Positions 62,800 through 64,000 of a stretch of 64,000 nt of DNA are shown in pieces. How positions within the stretch are numbered: position 1 is the first letter of the stretch; every line of letters starts with the position of its first letter. Under the pieces are notes generated by a model, which did not search any database, was not told the origin of the DNA, and saw only the letters and a list, made by a program, of their open reading frames with translations. Source of the stretch: a virus (lineage: Duplodnaviria > Caudoviricetes); the IMG/VR virus record IMGVR_UViG_3300035208_002115, one strand, 5' to 3'. Made by a program: the position numbers and the translations under genes.

Positions 62800-63288
62800 T
62801 TATTTTTTCATATACCAATTCGGGTCTGGTAAATATTTTTTCTTTTCATAATTTTTAAACAATCTATATAATTGTTTCCAATCACGTTCAGGTTTGAAAC
62901 CAGCCTTATCTTCAAACATCACATTAAAATAAAATTTCTTCTCATAGTATCCGAAGAACCCCTTAGTTGAATCTATCTCAGGATTTTCGTTGATATAATC
63001 AAAAAGTATATTATTAGAAATAAAAATATTATTATAGAATTCTATTTCTTTAGGATATGAAGATGTAGTCATAATTAATTTTACATCATCCCGTGCAGAT
63101 AATATCTGTAATGTCTCCTTGGCATGTGGGTAGAAAATAGCTTCTAAATAATCTTTTCGATGATTTGGTAATAATATAGTACCATGTACATCTATGGCAA
63201 AGTATGTCTCGTACCATTCTTTTTTGAAAGAATGTTCGAACATTTTTTCAACCCACTGTACTATATCTGATTTTCTGTACCAAAACAT
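62800..63288 (-). CDS. HAD-like hydrolase
   Basis: AIDVHGT, MTTSS, INENPE, FEDKAGF. Confidence 0.65.
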   Translation of the reverse strand: MFWYRKSDIVQWVEKMFEHSFKKEWYETYFAIDVHGTILLPNHRKDYLEAIFYPHAKETLQILSARDDVKLIMTTSSYPKEIEFYNNIFISNNILFDYINENPEIDSTKGFFGYYEKKFYFNVMFEDKAGFKPERDWKQLYRLFKNYEKKKYLPDPNWYMKK

Positions 63289-64000
63289 TTTCTTAAATCT
63301 AATGGGTAACACATATCGATATCCAATAATATAAATCTTGTTCCATCTATTTCTGAGAAATTATACTGATGAAAATGTCCATAGAACCAGTATTTTATAT
63401 CATTGTTTACTTTTAATTTGTCGTATATTTGTGTTAATTTATTTCTATTTATAATGGTATCATTTTTAACATCTGGGTCGCTTTTAATCCATTTTTCTAC
63501 ACCTGAGTAATTTTCTGGATAACAAAAATCAGGTGAATCATGTGTTACAACAATATCAATGTTCCTTAAAAAATTTAATTTATCTTCATTCACATCTACA
63601 ACTTCATCAACCCAATAATCTTTACCTTCTTTTCTTCCTTTCCAAGATTTTCTTGTAACCAAATCACGCATTTCTGGATTCGGAAGCCTATCCACACTGA
63701 TAGCACCACCAATACCTAAAATGTTTATACCATTAACTTCAATTACGGTATAATCTGGTAAACATTCAATATTACTTACTTTAAAATTTTTCTTATAAAA
63801 GTCGGGATTATCATGGTTACCTCGGATAGAAATCAATTTATTATTTTTACTTTTAAATGTCGTATTATAATAATTAAATTTCTTACGTTCTTCTCTCTCA
63901 GTACCAAAACCAACACCAAAATCACCACATAAATAAAATAATGAATTTTCTATTTCATATTCTTTTATATACCTTAATAGGGGTTTAAAATTTTCATGAA
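63261..64000 (-). CDS. metallophosphoesterase, truncated at window end
   Basis: CGDFG, RGNHD, THDSP, YGHFH; frame is open to the window edge. Confidence 0.85.
   Translation of the reverse strand, partial: HENFKPLLRYIKEYEIENSLFYLCGDFGVGFGTEREERKKFNYYNTTFKSKNNKLISIRGNHDNPDFYKKNFKVSNIECLPDYTVIEVNGINILGIGGAISVDRLPNPEMRDLVTRKSWKGRKEGKDYWVDEVVDVNEDKLNFLRNIDIVVTHDSPDFCYPENYSGVEKWIKSDPDVKNDTIINRNKLTQIYDKLKVNNDIKYWFYGHFHQYNFSEIDGTRFILLDIDMCYPLDLRKCFGTENQI

Noticed and set aside
1-64000. Stop-codon reassignment as in Lak or some crAss-like phages; tRNA genes; diversity-generating retroelement
   Set aside because: Core genes are full length in the standard code. No cloverleaf, reverse transcriptase or TR/VR pair was recognised by eye (no tRNAscan run).

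Overview
AT-rich segment of a T4-like jumbo phage, read in the standard bacterial code, that probably infects a Bacteroidota host (TAnnTTTG-type promoters, Bacteroidota-like M42 peptidase and hybrid kinase). All homology calls come from recognising motifs by eye; no searches were run. Core genes: a head module (gp23-like capsid, gp21 protease-scaffold fusion, gp20 portal, gp2, gp4), a gp55-like late sigma, a gp15-like tail protein, a probable tape measure and the N-terminal half of a split family-B DNA polymerase. Accessory genes: three homing-endonuclease-like genes, host-type genes (PurA-like, GuaC, KptA/Tpt1, M42, PspC, hybrid histidine kinase, Hsp20) and a minimal CRISPR-Cas12f1-like locus (420-aa effector, structured intergenic RNA, 5 repeats/4 spacers, no cas1/cas2). 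The most novel-looking signal is a cluster of nine tiny ORFs at 31.6-33.9 kb. Several are built from short pieces resembling conserved phage proteins (capsid, protease, scaffold, sheath, PolB motif B, helicase motif VI), and all nine end in a shared C-terminal R-x-x-K-[IL]-x-x-[IL] tag found on about 20 otherwise unrelated proteins in the window. A stand-alone copy of the portal clip segment sits upstream of the portal gene. A second, non-overlapping set of proteins has a T4 internal-protein-like N-terminal leader and includes ART-, Cys-hydrolase- and GNAT-like cargo.
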